From: Psammoneis japonica
Taxonomy: Eukaryota
Assembly (NCBI GenBank): GCA_008632985.1
Contig: QPGO01000028.1
Location: 243,598 to 307,597, forward strand
Direction: 5' to 3'
Length of the DNA stretch: 64,000 bases
The translations under genes were made by a program, and so were the position numbers. The number at the start of each line of letters is the position of its first letter. The stretch's first letter is position 1. Under the pieces are notes generated by a model. The model saw only the letters and a list, made by a program, of their open reading frames with translations, was not told where the DNA came from and made no database searches. Shown piece by piece: positions 23,441-35,199 of this stretch.

Positions 23441-24230
23441 CCTTGATTTCTGTCAAAGTGCACGTTGTGTTGGAGGGACTGTGGGAGTGCTGCTTCCCAC
23501 GTGAAAATCTGCATCTCTTGTTTTGACTCACAAGTGCCATCACAACGAGTCACGAGACACCCTGCACCACATGTGGTGACAAAATTTTTGACACCGACAC
23601 CACACTGAGGGCCGGCTAAATGTGCTCATCTGAAGCAGGTTTTGCACCCGTTCGTCGCGTGGTGAATCCCACAGAAATTCTTGAACAGGATTTTCCTGGG
23701 ACTCAAAACACCGACCGAGTGTGACTTGCAGGCAATGGATGACGATGATGCCCCTTCACAAGACCAACCCAGGAAAACATGCATCATTGAAAGATCATCT
23801 AAAGCAGATGTGGATTGATGAAGTCAAAGTGCAACTTCGACCATTGTGTCCGAAGATGTCATTGTCTAAAAACCGACGCGCAGCATTTTCCAATTTAGTG
23901 CAAACATGCATTTATCTTACAACATGAGGTTCAAAATTGCACTTTGACCCCCCAAACCATGTTCCCCTGCAAGTGCTTGTGACGGTTTGACTCTTCTTTC
24001 ATTGTGATGCTCGGCTTTTTGAGGAAGATGTGGACGATTGAAAATGTGGCTCGGCCAAGCTGAATCCCAGTAGAATTCGTACTGAAGTCTACGGCACACC
24101 AGAAATTGCGCGCGAACATTTGGCTAGTACCTTAAACCGCCGTCTTCCATTGAATTGATGATACAGTATTTGTTTGTTCTACGCTCTAATTGCAATACGG
24201 TAGACCTAGAATGCTTGGGTCAAGATCCAC

Positions 24231-25799
24231 CTATTCAGCAAGCTTGATCGTGCCAACATCATTCCCACGCATGTAGCACTGGCAGGACCTAAAACCATCA
24301 TTGAAGACTAGAGTGCAAAGATTGTTGTCCCTTTCGCTGGGCACCACACTACCTGCCCGACAGTCCACAACAAGCCATGCATCTGCCACTACTTCCTGGT
24401 ATTTGCCAGGAATACGATCGAGATGTTCCTTCCTTCCTCTTGCATCACGAAGCAGCTCCAAAGCCCACTTCCTTCCATTCTTGATGTAAAAATCCAACTC
24501 TCCAGTGACAACTTTTCCATCAATCATCGCTTCAGTGCCAAGCTCTGGAATGATTCGATACGATACAGGTAGTAAAGATGCAATTGCTTCATGGAAAAGC
24601 TGTTGGAACACCGCCTCTTTTGGACTTTGCAACACACCATCCTTTATTGGGCTTGCTACTCGGAGTCGCCCAGCCGAAATCCTTTCAGTGGCCCGAACAA
24701 TTAGATCATCTAGCGATTGAGGAACATCTGCATCGAATGCGGCTCGGGGGAATACCTTGTTGTAATAGAATCTCTCTGCAAAAGGACTCGTAAATCGTGC
24801 CGATTCTGTCAAGATCCCGGCCTTGATCAGCTTAGAAACGATATCACCAGGTTGGCGGTTTTCGTCTCCCGTGTTGTCTCCCATGTCAGCTTGATAGGCT
24901 TGGACAAGTGCATCCAAGATGACTTTGCGGGCTTCTTCATCTATCCTCCTCACGGGGTAACAACGATCCAGCTCATGAAATGGGGTATGCTCGATCAATT
25001 GCGACAAGGCATCATTTTCTGACAATGTATCACCCTTGCTTCGCCTGTCCACTGTTTCAGAGAGATAAACAATGCGATTCATCCCAATGGTAAATGCGGC
25101 AGCGGTGCCATTGGTAACATAATAGAGTCGCTCAAAATACTCGTTCCAATCTGGGTGCATGCAGCGACGTCGGTAAAGATTTCTAGCTTCTTCTTTTTCC
25201 AACCGCAAGTCGTTCAGACCAAGACGTTTCTCGTTTTTGAAACAGTATGGTGATTCACTTGCATTTGAAAGGTAGCATGTTGTAAAAACAACAACAATGA
25301 CTTTTGTCTCCCCGAATTCCTCCGAAACCAGGAGTTTACCTTTGGTAACATGTTCCCAGAATTCCAGATAGTTTGCACCGTAAAGTCTCTGTGCATCGTC
25401 GAAGAGAAGCCAGACTTCCGAACAGCCATGTGATTTTCCGCTCTAAGTAAACTCGTCAAGGGATACCCCAGTTTTCCGCGCAACGTAGTCAAACAAATCG
25501 GTGATCTTTCCAACTGACGCTGGCCTCAGATAATAGCCCCTTATCGGTTTGCTCGGTTTGCTATCATTTTCCTTTGCCAGTTTTCGTTGAATCAACTGTG
25601 ACAGAGCTGTTTTACCGGTTCCAGGGGGCGAGCCGACGACTAAGAAACGACTTTCCCTGGCATAATTAATTGCGTCGGAAACTAAACGTTCTCGATGAAT
25701 GTACGTTTCGGGTTCGTCTTTGTTGATACCATTCAAATCCCACGTTCGCCCTCTTCGTTCTTTCTTCCTTTGAGGGGAAGTGAAAGCTTGAACTGACAT
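24231..25799 (-). pseudogene. P-loop NTPase fused to a C-terminal PD-(D/E)xK nuclease-like domain (Crinkler/RHS-effector-like architecture); one in-frame TAG at 25443-25445
   Basis: Walker A GSPPGTGKT, Walker B WLLFDDAQ, C-terminal GELDFYI..WALELL; hand translation is in one frame from 25799 to 24231 except for the single TAG. Confidence 0.7.
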
Positions 25800-25865
25800 T
25801 GCTGACTCTGTCGAACCGGCCGATGATTTTTGGTTTTGTTTTGAACTCTCTCTACAGTGCCTTAA

Positions 25866-26258
25866 GGGGGGTCATCCCCGCGTTTATCCTAAAATTACCG
25901 TTGCATTTGAATAAGGTTTTTTATAGTGTTTATTTTTGAATACAAGAATTATTCATAGTCACACCCGATCGCGCACGAAAACGAGAACCATCAACACCGC
26001 GATCGAAGCACGACGATGATGACAATCATCGATATTTCTCAAAAACGTAGTTTGCCGTCTACCAACTTTTCATGTATATACAATCTTTGATACATAACAA
26101 ACATAAAATAAATGAGAGTTGGTAGACGGACCACCTCCGTTACAGACTTATGGCTTGTTGTTTTCACCACGGTGAAGCACGGTGAAATTCAAGAAAAATC
26201 ATGCAAAACACGAGCTATTCGGCCGAATTCGAGCTAAAAAAGTAGCAACCGACCACCC
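25866..26258. mobile_element. 393-bp non-autonomous element flanked by TTAA, with short TIRs and an internal 18-bp inverted repeat
   Basis: TTAA|GGGGGGTC ... GACCACCC|TTAA; CCGTCTACCAACTTTTCAT / ATGAGAGTTGGTAGACGG at approx. 26056-26129; AT-rich. Confidence 0.55.
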
Positions 26259-26479
26259 TTAAGCTCTCTAGCTAGAGAGACGGTAGCTCTAGCTTTACCG
26301 GTAGAGAGTAGACAGCCAGAGCGCTTCGAAAAAATTCTGTCCGTCTGTCCAACTGGGGCATTTTTTACGCACGATTTTGATGCCTGTCGATCGCTGCGCT
26401 GTCGCTGCCCGTCGCTGCCCGTCGTTGCCCGTTGCCCGTTGGGAGCAAAACGCACCCTCTAGTCTAATGGAATGATGGT

Positions 26480-27350
26480 GCTGTGCTCAGTGCCTTTGAG
26501 GGTGCAAATCCCCTTGTTTTGGTGCAAATCCCCTTGGTTTTTGGACGTGCATTTGCAAAAAGCAACAAAATGAAAAACACCCCAATCACACGTGTGACGC
26601 AATTGTGGAGAAAACATCCCAGTGCTTTCTGCGCTCACTGTGCAAACAACACGACAATGGCAGAAATGCCGTTCATTGAACACAATGGAGGTGGGGCATC
26701 AAGTGTCTTTTCTCATCACATCACTTGGTCATGTTTGAATGTGTGATTGAAACACAAGTCATTTTTGACACTTTTTGCACACATGTGTCTTAAAAACAAG
26801 GGGGTTTGAAGCCTCAAAAATCCAGCACCTTTTAAAAAACAGCCCAAAAAGTCAGCACCTTTGCTCATTTTTAGCACCTTTAAAAACGATTTAAAAATCC
26901 AGCACCTTTTAAAAAAAAAGAGCACCTTTGAACACCCTTGTTTTTCGCGTTTGTGTTGCAGAAAGCGACTGGAACAATCCATGTTTTTGCTGAATTGTGA
27001 ATCATTTGTGCAAAAAACAGCCATGAGTGTTTGTGCTCACCGTGCAAACCACACCATGACAATGGCACAAATGCCACTTGTTGAACACAATGGAGGTGCT
27101 CCAGCACCCAAGTCTCTTCATGAGTTTGTTGCAAACAATGCGTGGGACAATCTCATGAAGCGATTTTGATGATGGATCACCTCCATTGCATTCAACAAAT
27201 GGCATTTGTGCCATTGTCGTGGCATTGTTCCATTGGGTGCTGAGCACAGGCAATGCCTCAAAATTTGTTGGAATGCAAAAAGTTTTCAAGGTGCTGGAAA
27301 TTTGAAGGTGCTGATGTTTTCTTTTGAAGTGCTGATTTTTAAATGTGCCA
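26480..27350. repeat. Degenerate repeat complex with direct and inverted ~50-bp units and CAGCACCTT motifs, probably transposon termini
   Basis: GACAATGGCA(G/C)AAATGCC..TTGAACACAATGGAGGTG at ~26650 and ~27058, inverted at ~27178-27225; repeated AAATCCAGCACCTTT. Confidence 0.55.
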
Positions 27351-27362
27351 AGTGCAAATTCA

Positions 27363-28099
27363 TCATAGATTCCCCAAGAGCCAGCATGGTCCTGTTTGCA
27401 TTCATGGCACTTGCTGCAATCTTTGCCATTTGCAGCATTCTATGCAAGGGAAAAATGTCATCTCTGCAACAAATTGCTTGATGAAACAGCATTGACATCT
27501 CAGACTCTTCAAGCAGGCCCTCCACATTCAAGCCAGCCAGCATCAACAAGGTGCTTCGACTGCCTGTGTGAAGATGCAAGAAGAGAATGCTCACATGCTT
27601 GGTTTTGAGCAGATCAAAATGGCATCCAAGATGGAATGCTCAAAGGTGCTCATCAATTTCATTCTGTTTCGAACCATGGAAGGAAGTGAGCACATTTCCT
27701 CCAGCTTTGGGTGGTTGATTTTGAAACTTTGCCGGGTGCACGCCATTGCGCACAACTGTGTTGAGACTCTTGCTCCTCATCATGAGGCACTCAAACCAAG
27801 ACAATGGAGTGCACACATTTTCAGTGGCAATCACAGGCTGAGCAACTCCAGCCTTGAGAAACTTTGGCAAAATTTTGCATGCGGATGGATCGTCATCAGG
27901 AAACTCTGCCCTCATTTTGTTCTTTTCCTTCATGTCATGAGCAAACATCACATCAAAATGCTCACTTGCATGTCAAAGCTGGGAGCTGTTGTGCGTGAGC
28001 TCTTCATCTTCCACAATGACAGCAACATCAGTTGTTGTGTCTTGGCAATTTGTGGTTGTCATGGCAAGCTCTGTGGTGTCTCCAAAGTCCAAAAGAAAC
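27363..28099 (-). pseudogene. Hypermutated duplicate of the BTB gene at 7984-8790
   Basis: Colinear over ~700 bp with 8023-8791; differences dominated by TA>TG/CA and CG>TG/CA; one internal deletion. Confidence 0.92.
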
Positions 28100-29089
28100 A
28101 CACCGAAACAAAATGTCGTGCTCCTCTCCACGTTTTGTGATTGGACCCATTGCACATGACACATGACCCATTTCTGATTTTTGCACAAAAAAGTGCACAG
28201 CACGCACAGGAAAAAATGTGTGGCACAGCCAGGCCATGGTGGGTTGGTTTCTGTTCCCTCCATTGTCCACTGTTGCTGGTTTTTGTTTTTGAGACAAGGA
28301 AAGAGAAGAAGATGTCAGCCAGTGCAGATGACAGCAAGGAAAAGAAAGCAAACACAATGTTCGCCACATCTCATCAAGCACCAATCATCAACTCAATGGC
28401 AAAAGACAAGGCCAGTGAAACCTGCACAAAATCTGCAAACAGAAAAAGAGTGGGGCTCTTTTTGCTGAACAACTCCAATGTGGAAACAGACTTCTTGCCA
28501 AAAGGTGTGTGATGCTCTGGCATGTGAGTTGTCAGCAGCTTGTTGCAGTTTTGACAAAATGGAGCCTGCCAGTTGGAGGGCAACTCTGTGAAGTTGCAGG
28601 CTGGGTGGGAAAAGACAAAACCTGGGTTGCAGTGCACAATGCATGCAGCGCTGCAACTCTGCTCTCTGGCAGCTTCACAATGCATGAGCATGCCCATCAA
28701 AAAAAGTGCTCCCCCACGCACCCCTCCACATCCAGAAGCCCACCATTCACAGGCTTTGGCCTTTGTTTTGCTTTTGCTCAGAGTGATGTGGGGTGCTTGC
28801 AGTGGAGAGCATCTCTCTTGCATTGTGTGGCATGGAAATGCAGCTGTGGGTTCTTTCTGAATGATTTGCAAGGCTGTCAAGATGCAGAAGCTTCTGCTTG
28901 GAATGCGTGTTGCCATGCACAACGATGAGTCAATGAGCAATCATGATGTTGCAAACTCCACTGTTGAAGCATGCAAACATTCTCATGTCTCCCGACATGA
29001 ATTGAAAGCAAAAGTTCTGGCATGTGATGTGCAGATTGAAGATGCTCAACATTGTGTGGCACAAGGGACCCACTTCCACAAACAATTGG

Positions 29090-30082
29090 GCAATTGAGGT
29101 GCTCAAACCAAGACAACAAAATGCGTGCAATTTCAGTTGCAATCACCAGCTGAGCAACCCCAGCCTCAAGAAACTTCAACACATCACAAATTGCAGTTCA
29201 TTGTCATTTCAATAAAAAGAGAAGATGCCAGGCAATTGAGGGGCAGCTGTGACATTGCAGGCTGAACATAAAAAGATGAAACCTGGATTGCAACGCAATG
29301 CAGCAATGTGCCTCTGCCATCTGCTGGCAGCTGCATTTGAAGCAAAGACACTTGTGTCATTTCGAAATCACAAGTCACTCCTTTGATCCAAATCCCAGAG
29401 GAGATTCATCTGTGAGGTCTGATGCAACAAGCTCTGCCAAGCCAGGCACTTGCACAGCATCATCATCTGTGCAGTGAAGACAGATTCAATTGTTGTTGCA
29501 GCATGACAACAGAAAGAGTCTGGACATTTCAGACTCCTCACTCAGATGTTCTTCATTCAAGCTGGACAGGATTGGAAGGGCGGCTTGACTTCCAACATGA
29601 AGAATCAAAAATCTGATGCTTTCAAGCTTGGTTCTTGGCAAGTCAAAGTGGTGAGACAGGCAAAATGCATTGACACATTCTTCTGTTTCCATGGGAGATG
29701 ACTGAGGGAACAATTGCAAACAGCTTCCTTCCAGTTGCTGTGCAGCTGTGCAAACGTTTTTGGGTGTGCAGCATTGCATGTGGCTTTGAGGCTCTCACTC
29801 CTCATCATGAGCCATTCAAACCCTGAAAGCAGGATCTGAACATTGTCAGCAGCAATGATGGGCTGGGCGACTCCAATTTCAAGAAACTTGGAAACCATTT
29901 CCCGGGTCATTGTCCTCTGGAAATTCCACCCTCATTTTGCTCTTTTCCTTCACATCATGGGGAAACATTGCATCAAAGCACTCACTGGCATGTTGAAGCT
30001 GAGAGGCAGAATGCACAAACTCTTCCTTCCCCATGATGACAGCGACATCCTTTTCCATGTCTTGATGATTTGAGAATGACAT
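29090..30082 (-). pseudogene. Further degenerate BTB paralog (approx. 29400-30082) plus a short BTB fragment (approx. 29090-29185)
   Basis: KDVAVIMGKEEFVHSASQLQHASECFDAMF; KFLEIGVAQPII; KFLEAGVAQLVIATE. Confidence 0.8.
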
Positions 30083-32730
30083 GATTGCTTTGGCTCAGAA
30101 AAACAGAAGCACAAACTGTGTTGTGATGCAAAGTTTCAGCCAGTCTTCTCTCTTCTCTGTTGTGCAATGAACCGCTGTTGTGGGTTGCTGCAATTGAGGG
30201 TTTTCATTGGCTGGGGGAAACTGCCCAGTGCGCGTGTGAGGAGCTCACGTGCAACATCACCCAGTGGGGGGGGGGGACAGATGTGGAGCAAGGGTGGAAC
30301 TTGCTGGGTCATGTGGGCAGGAAAAAGGATGGGTTTTGGGTTGGGGTTGGCCAGTTGGGACTGCAGTTTGGCGGAGCATCAGTGCAGAGCAGAGCACGGA
30401 GTTTCATGGGTTTGGGGGTTTTGATGGATGCAACAACTGGTGCGTGCATGAGGAGAGCCAATGCGTGGGTGCCCTTCACCAAATGCACATCGGGTGGGTG
30501 GGAAGGAAGTGAAGCAATGCCAGCAGCACTCTCTTGCCCTGATGAACTGCTGTTCTTGTCACAGCCTCTTGTCATTGCAATGCCAAGAAGAGCTCCACCA
30601 GAGCTGAAAAAGTTTCAATTTTCCCAGCCTGCAACCCTCACCATGCTTGCTTGCATCTCCCCCTCTGGCTGGAAAGCCTGCTGCTGCAAATCTCCATCAC
30701 TCCAGTTGGATGTCAAGGTGAGCATTTCACAAATTCTTTGACAACATGCTGTCCACCAAGGTGTGCATTCAGATGTTTTGGTTTCAAGTGACCTTGTGGG
30801 CCTCATCCCTCCTGGTGCTCCCGGCAATGTGAAAAAATCGGCACCACTGAGCATTCTCTTCTTGAGGGGGAAGGGCACAGCATGGGCTCTGAGCAACAAT
30901 GGCACCAAAGTTGCACCCATCTTGTTGCCCATTTCTTTGTTTCAATCATGCCAATGACTCTCCTGGATTCGCCGGGGCCATCAAATTGCGGGTGGCTTTC
31001 CACAGACTGTGAGCAAGTGGGTCTTTGTCACCTGGCACACCTGGCTGCTGTCAAGGTCCTCCAAAGCTTTGGCACCACTGCCACCCTCTGGAGAGTCACC
31101 AGCCGATGATGCCACTCATTCATCACACAGGACATTGACACCCTTTGGCTAAAATGATCAAAGCCATCTGTTGCATTTGGCAGCTGGTTTTTAGGAACAA
31201 TGACTCCATTGTGTTGCAAACCCATGTTCAACAACAATCTTCTCTCTCACATGGAAGATGACAAGGCCACCAGCTGTGAGTGCATGCTCTTCTGTTGGGA
31301 CAAGGCCTTCCTGCCCATCAAAATTTTTGCACCATGTTGACAAGAGCATGCAGTGCTGCCTCAAGGCTTGTGCTCAATTTGCGCTGCGTGACAAGTTGGA
31401 AAACTCTTTTTTGCACACCTCGTGCCAGCAGCCACCATTGTGGGCACATTTGGAGCCTCTCCAGAAGAAAAACCTCAACAACCATGAGGGGCCACCAGCT
31501 GTGGAGCACCTTGGGGCCCCGACTTACTGCCACTGACAAAGAAAGCTGAGCAAATGCAGGGCCCTGTGTGGTGCAAAAATGCAGCATGATGCTGCATTGT
31601 TTAAAATGAAAGGCTTGCTGCACTTGCAATTCTTCACCGCTTTTCCACACCAATTTCCAAGCACTTCAATGACAAACAGAAGTCATCTTGCCAGATGAAC
31701 AATGGCCTCACAAAGCTCCCAGTTGTGGTGAGTTCTTCTTGCAAATTGTGCTGGCAAGATCCTTGCAATGATGTGGCAGAGAAATGGCAGTGATCACCCT
31801 GATTTCAATGTTCTGATCAACTTTTCATTTCAAATGCTTGAAAGACACCAGAGTTCCACTGTGGTGCACATGAATGCTCTCTAGTTTTGAGAAGGAGTTG
31901 GGTCATTTTTGCAGGCAGCTGATTGCACCTTTGGTGAGACCACAGTGTGCCTGCTGCACTTCAACAATCAACACATGGGTTCCAATGGGCAGCTGGACTT
32001 GACACTGAATGACCACATCTCTGCCACTTGCCATCACAGTGTCCTTGTGCTGAGCTCTTTGAGAAATGCTGCACACAACTGCAAAAGCAATGTCAAGCTT
32101 TAACAACAAGAATGACTTGCCATTTATTGCAGAGCTGTTTGGTGTGGAGGAGAAACAAGGTTTGGCTGATGCTGCTGTGGAATGGGTGTGTGCCATCTAA
32201 ACACATGAAGCATGCAGTGGGCAACCCATGAAAATTGAGGTTGCAACACCCAATGACAACATGTCACCACTCCACAACTCTTGTGACATTCAGAAAAGAT
32301 CTGTGATTTTGGCATGCTTGCTGCAATGGCCAAGCTTCATCAAGCATGTTCTCCCATTTCATCACAGTGGTTCCATGGATCAAGTTAGCTCTGACAACCT
32401 TTTGTGCATTTTGAAACGTGAACGAACCATGTTTCTTTGAAAGTTTCTGTTCCCCTTCCTCCATGGCACTGGGTGCTTGCACAAGCTGCTTCTTCAAAAC
32501 GTGACTTGTTGCTCATGTTTTGAGGTTGGCTTGAAGATAGCTTGTCCCACGTGCAAAAGCCAGTCATTAACGGCTTTTTTCCCTCTGTGGTTTAGTTTTT
32601 GTCGAGTTTCAGTTGTTCGTAATTCATTTTAAGACGCATGTAAAAACAGAAGCGGCGCGTCCTGCATGTGCTGTGCATGATCTGGATCTGGAAAGTGCTA
32701 ATGATAACCGAAATCTTACTACATTGGGTG

Positions 32731-34307
32731 TTACAATTGTGTTCCCTTGAAACTACGGAATGGCATGGTATTGAAAGCACTCACTGCATAATTCACGCAC
32801 TTCATGATATGAGGGAGATCTGATGCAACGAGCTCGGTGAACGTTGGGACAACATCGGCCATGTACAGGCAACGGAGATGGTCTCTCTCGCACAGAGCTT
32901 TGAGAAACAGCTTGGATAACTCAACTTCTCCAAGGATTCCTTCTGTATTTAGGCCGGAAAGAACTACCAACGCGGTTCGGCTTCCCAGGCGGTGGAGCAA
33001 TGACCGAATGCTTGCACGTTTGGTTCTTGACAAATCGAACCGACAAGCAAGAAGAAACGCGTTGATGCAATCGTCGATCTTTGTCTTTTCTGCATCGTAC
33101 CAGGCGTCCATACAAATTTTCGTACTGAACAAGCTAGGGTACACATCGTCGCAAGCCTTTTTGATGCTGTCATCCCTCATCATGAGACGCTCAAACCACG
33201 GTAAGAGGAAATGTACATTTTCCATGCTGATCATTGGCTGGACAATTCCTGCATCGAGAAACATGGACACATTTTCCCATTCCGATGGATCGTCCTCGGC
33301 AAACTCCACCCTCATTTCACTCCTCTCCTTCATGTTGTGGGAAAACATGGCGTCAAAGTACTCGCTGGCATATCGAAGCTGTGAACTGGAATGCCGAAAT
33401 TCTTGAGCACCCACAACAACGGTGACGTCCTTGTCCGTTTCTTGATGGCTTAAGGATGGCGCTGTTGGTCTAGCAAAAAAGGAAGAAATCGGAATCTGAC
33501 TGTAAAGCGACGCGAACACAGAACAGCCATGTGTGAGAAGAAAGGAATGTACACACGCAATGTCGTAATGTCCATTTTGCAGTACTTACCGAAAACCGGG
33601 ATGGCTGTGATCGCACGAGCTGCAGTCTACCCAGTTTTTTCTTTCATTTTCGGTCGCAACTCTAGCTCGGTGAAGCTAGGAACAGAATCGTTGGAGTACA
33701 GACCTTGGCGGCGGTCTCTTCTGCACATACCATTGAGAAACAACCTGGACAACTCCACCTCTTCTAGCATGCCTTGGGCACTCAAGCCCGTTAGAACTAC
33801 CAAGGTAGTTTGACTTCCAACACGACGGCGCAAGTATCGAACACACGCTGCCTTGGTTTTAGCAAGATCAAAACGAGCAGCAAGTCGGAATGCACGGATG
33901 CACTCGTCAATCGACCAATGACTCTTTCTGGAAAAGAATGGAGATCCTTCCTTTGGCTCTCCTTTTTGTTCTTGAAACCACGTTGGATACACATTGTCGC
34001 AACTAATCCTGAGACTATCACTCTTCACTTTGAGCCGGTCAAACCATGCCAACAGGAAATATACGTTGTCAGTATCAACTACCGGCTGGATTACCCCGGG
34101 CTCGAGAAACTTGGAAACAACCTCCCATTCATATGGCTTTTCTCCGGTAAACTTCACTCTCAATTCAGTCTTACCCGTGTCATTTGCAAACAATTCGTCA
34201 AAGAAATGGCTGCAATAACAAAGCAGCGAGCTTGAATGCATAAACTCCTTGTCTCCGACAATAACAGTGATATCCTTTGCCATGGCTTGACGATTCGGTG
34301 CTGCCAT
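32731..34307 (-). CDS. Probable single tandem-BTB gene (two BTB units, intron 33470-33589, apparent 2-bp insertion at 33661-33662); alternatively two adjacent BTB genes
   Basis: ORFs 33627-34343 and 32731-33519 are both BTB; the latter has no ATG ahead of its BTB domain; GTAAGT donor and TTTTGCTAG acceptor join them in frame once the extra GA is removed. Confidence 0.7.
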
Positions 34308-35199
34308 GGTGAATGCTTGTTGCAAGGGAAGTGGCTCCTGCAATAATGAAAATGCGAATCCCGTGGAAAGCGCAATATTTTTACGCTCCTGTAGGTTTGC
34401 GGCTAGTGTTTGGGTCGAGTGTCTTGCGTCGTCGTTTTCGGCGAGCAGGTTTCAAAACGAGTCATCGTTTCGCCACTCTCCATCAGCATATCACTTTCTC
34501 CAACAATTTCTTCTAAAAAAAAGTCCAACGTGAAGAAAGAACGTAATCACACGTGCTAGCAGCGCTCGAAGCGGTACGTATAATTCTGACATGAAGATAT
34601 GCGGATGGCAAACTCCAACACTTGAAACTGCTCACAAGACGACGATAGGCATTTCAAACATCGCACGTCCACCACGTTGCTGTGTAATCGCTCCACAACA
34701 ATCAAAGAAGAATGCGGCTCTGCCGTGGTATGCATCTGATTCTGATGACATTGTCATCGCGTCATGCATCGCAAGAACACGACTGAAAAATCGCGGGAAA
34801 CGATGACGGGCCGATGCCGATGTCGCCATGCATATGCGGAACAATTTTTTTGTCTCAACGAGCCCACCAAAATCAAACGGCGTTTAAATTGCGAAAATAG
34901 CAACCCTTGGAGAGTGCACTCCACATGTCATTGCTACGTTGTGGAGGAGAGGTGTTCGAGTTGTGTGTGACTCATGTCGTAACTCGGTTAACAATAAATC
35001 CAAGCAGTTTTCTAAAGAATATATGCCTGGCGATCCTCATTTCACCGCCTGTCAAACAAACTGAACGGAACATCGGAACGAGCAAAACGAATGTGGCGTT
35101 TTCGTGGTCTGCTGTGTAACAGGCGAAAAATCAATCTGAGCCCACAAAACACTTGAAACTTGCGTTCCGACGAATGGTTCGTTTTTGGCTAATCAAACG

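Noticed and set aside
9000..23900. Classical fungal RIP or plain CpG decay as the sole explanation
   Set aside because: RIP creates TA and CpG decay does not remove it; here TA is depleted and Tyr codons become His/Cys
26262..26465. Possible Helitron 3' end (CTAGT at 26459-26463) with GTCGCTGCCC repeats
   Set aside because: Hairpin is weak and no 5' end or second copy is visible
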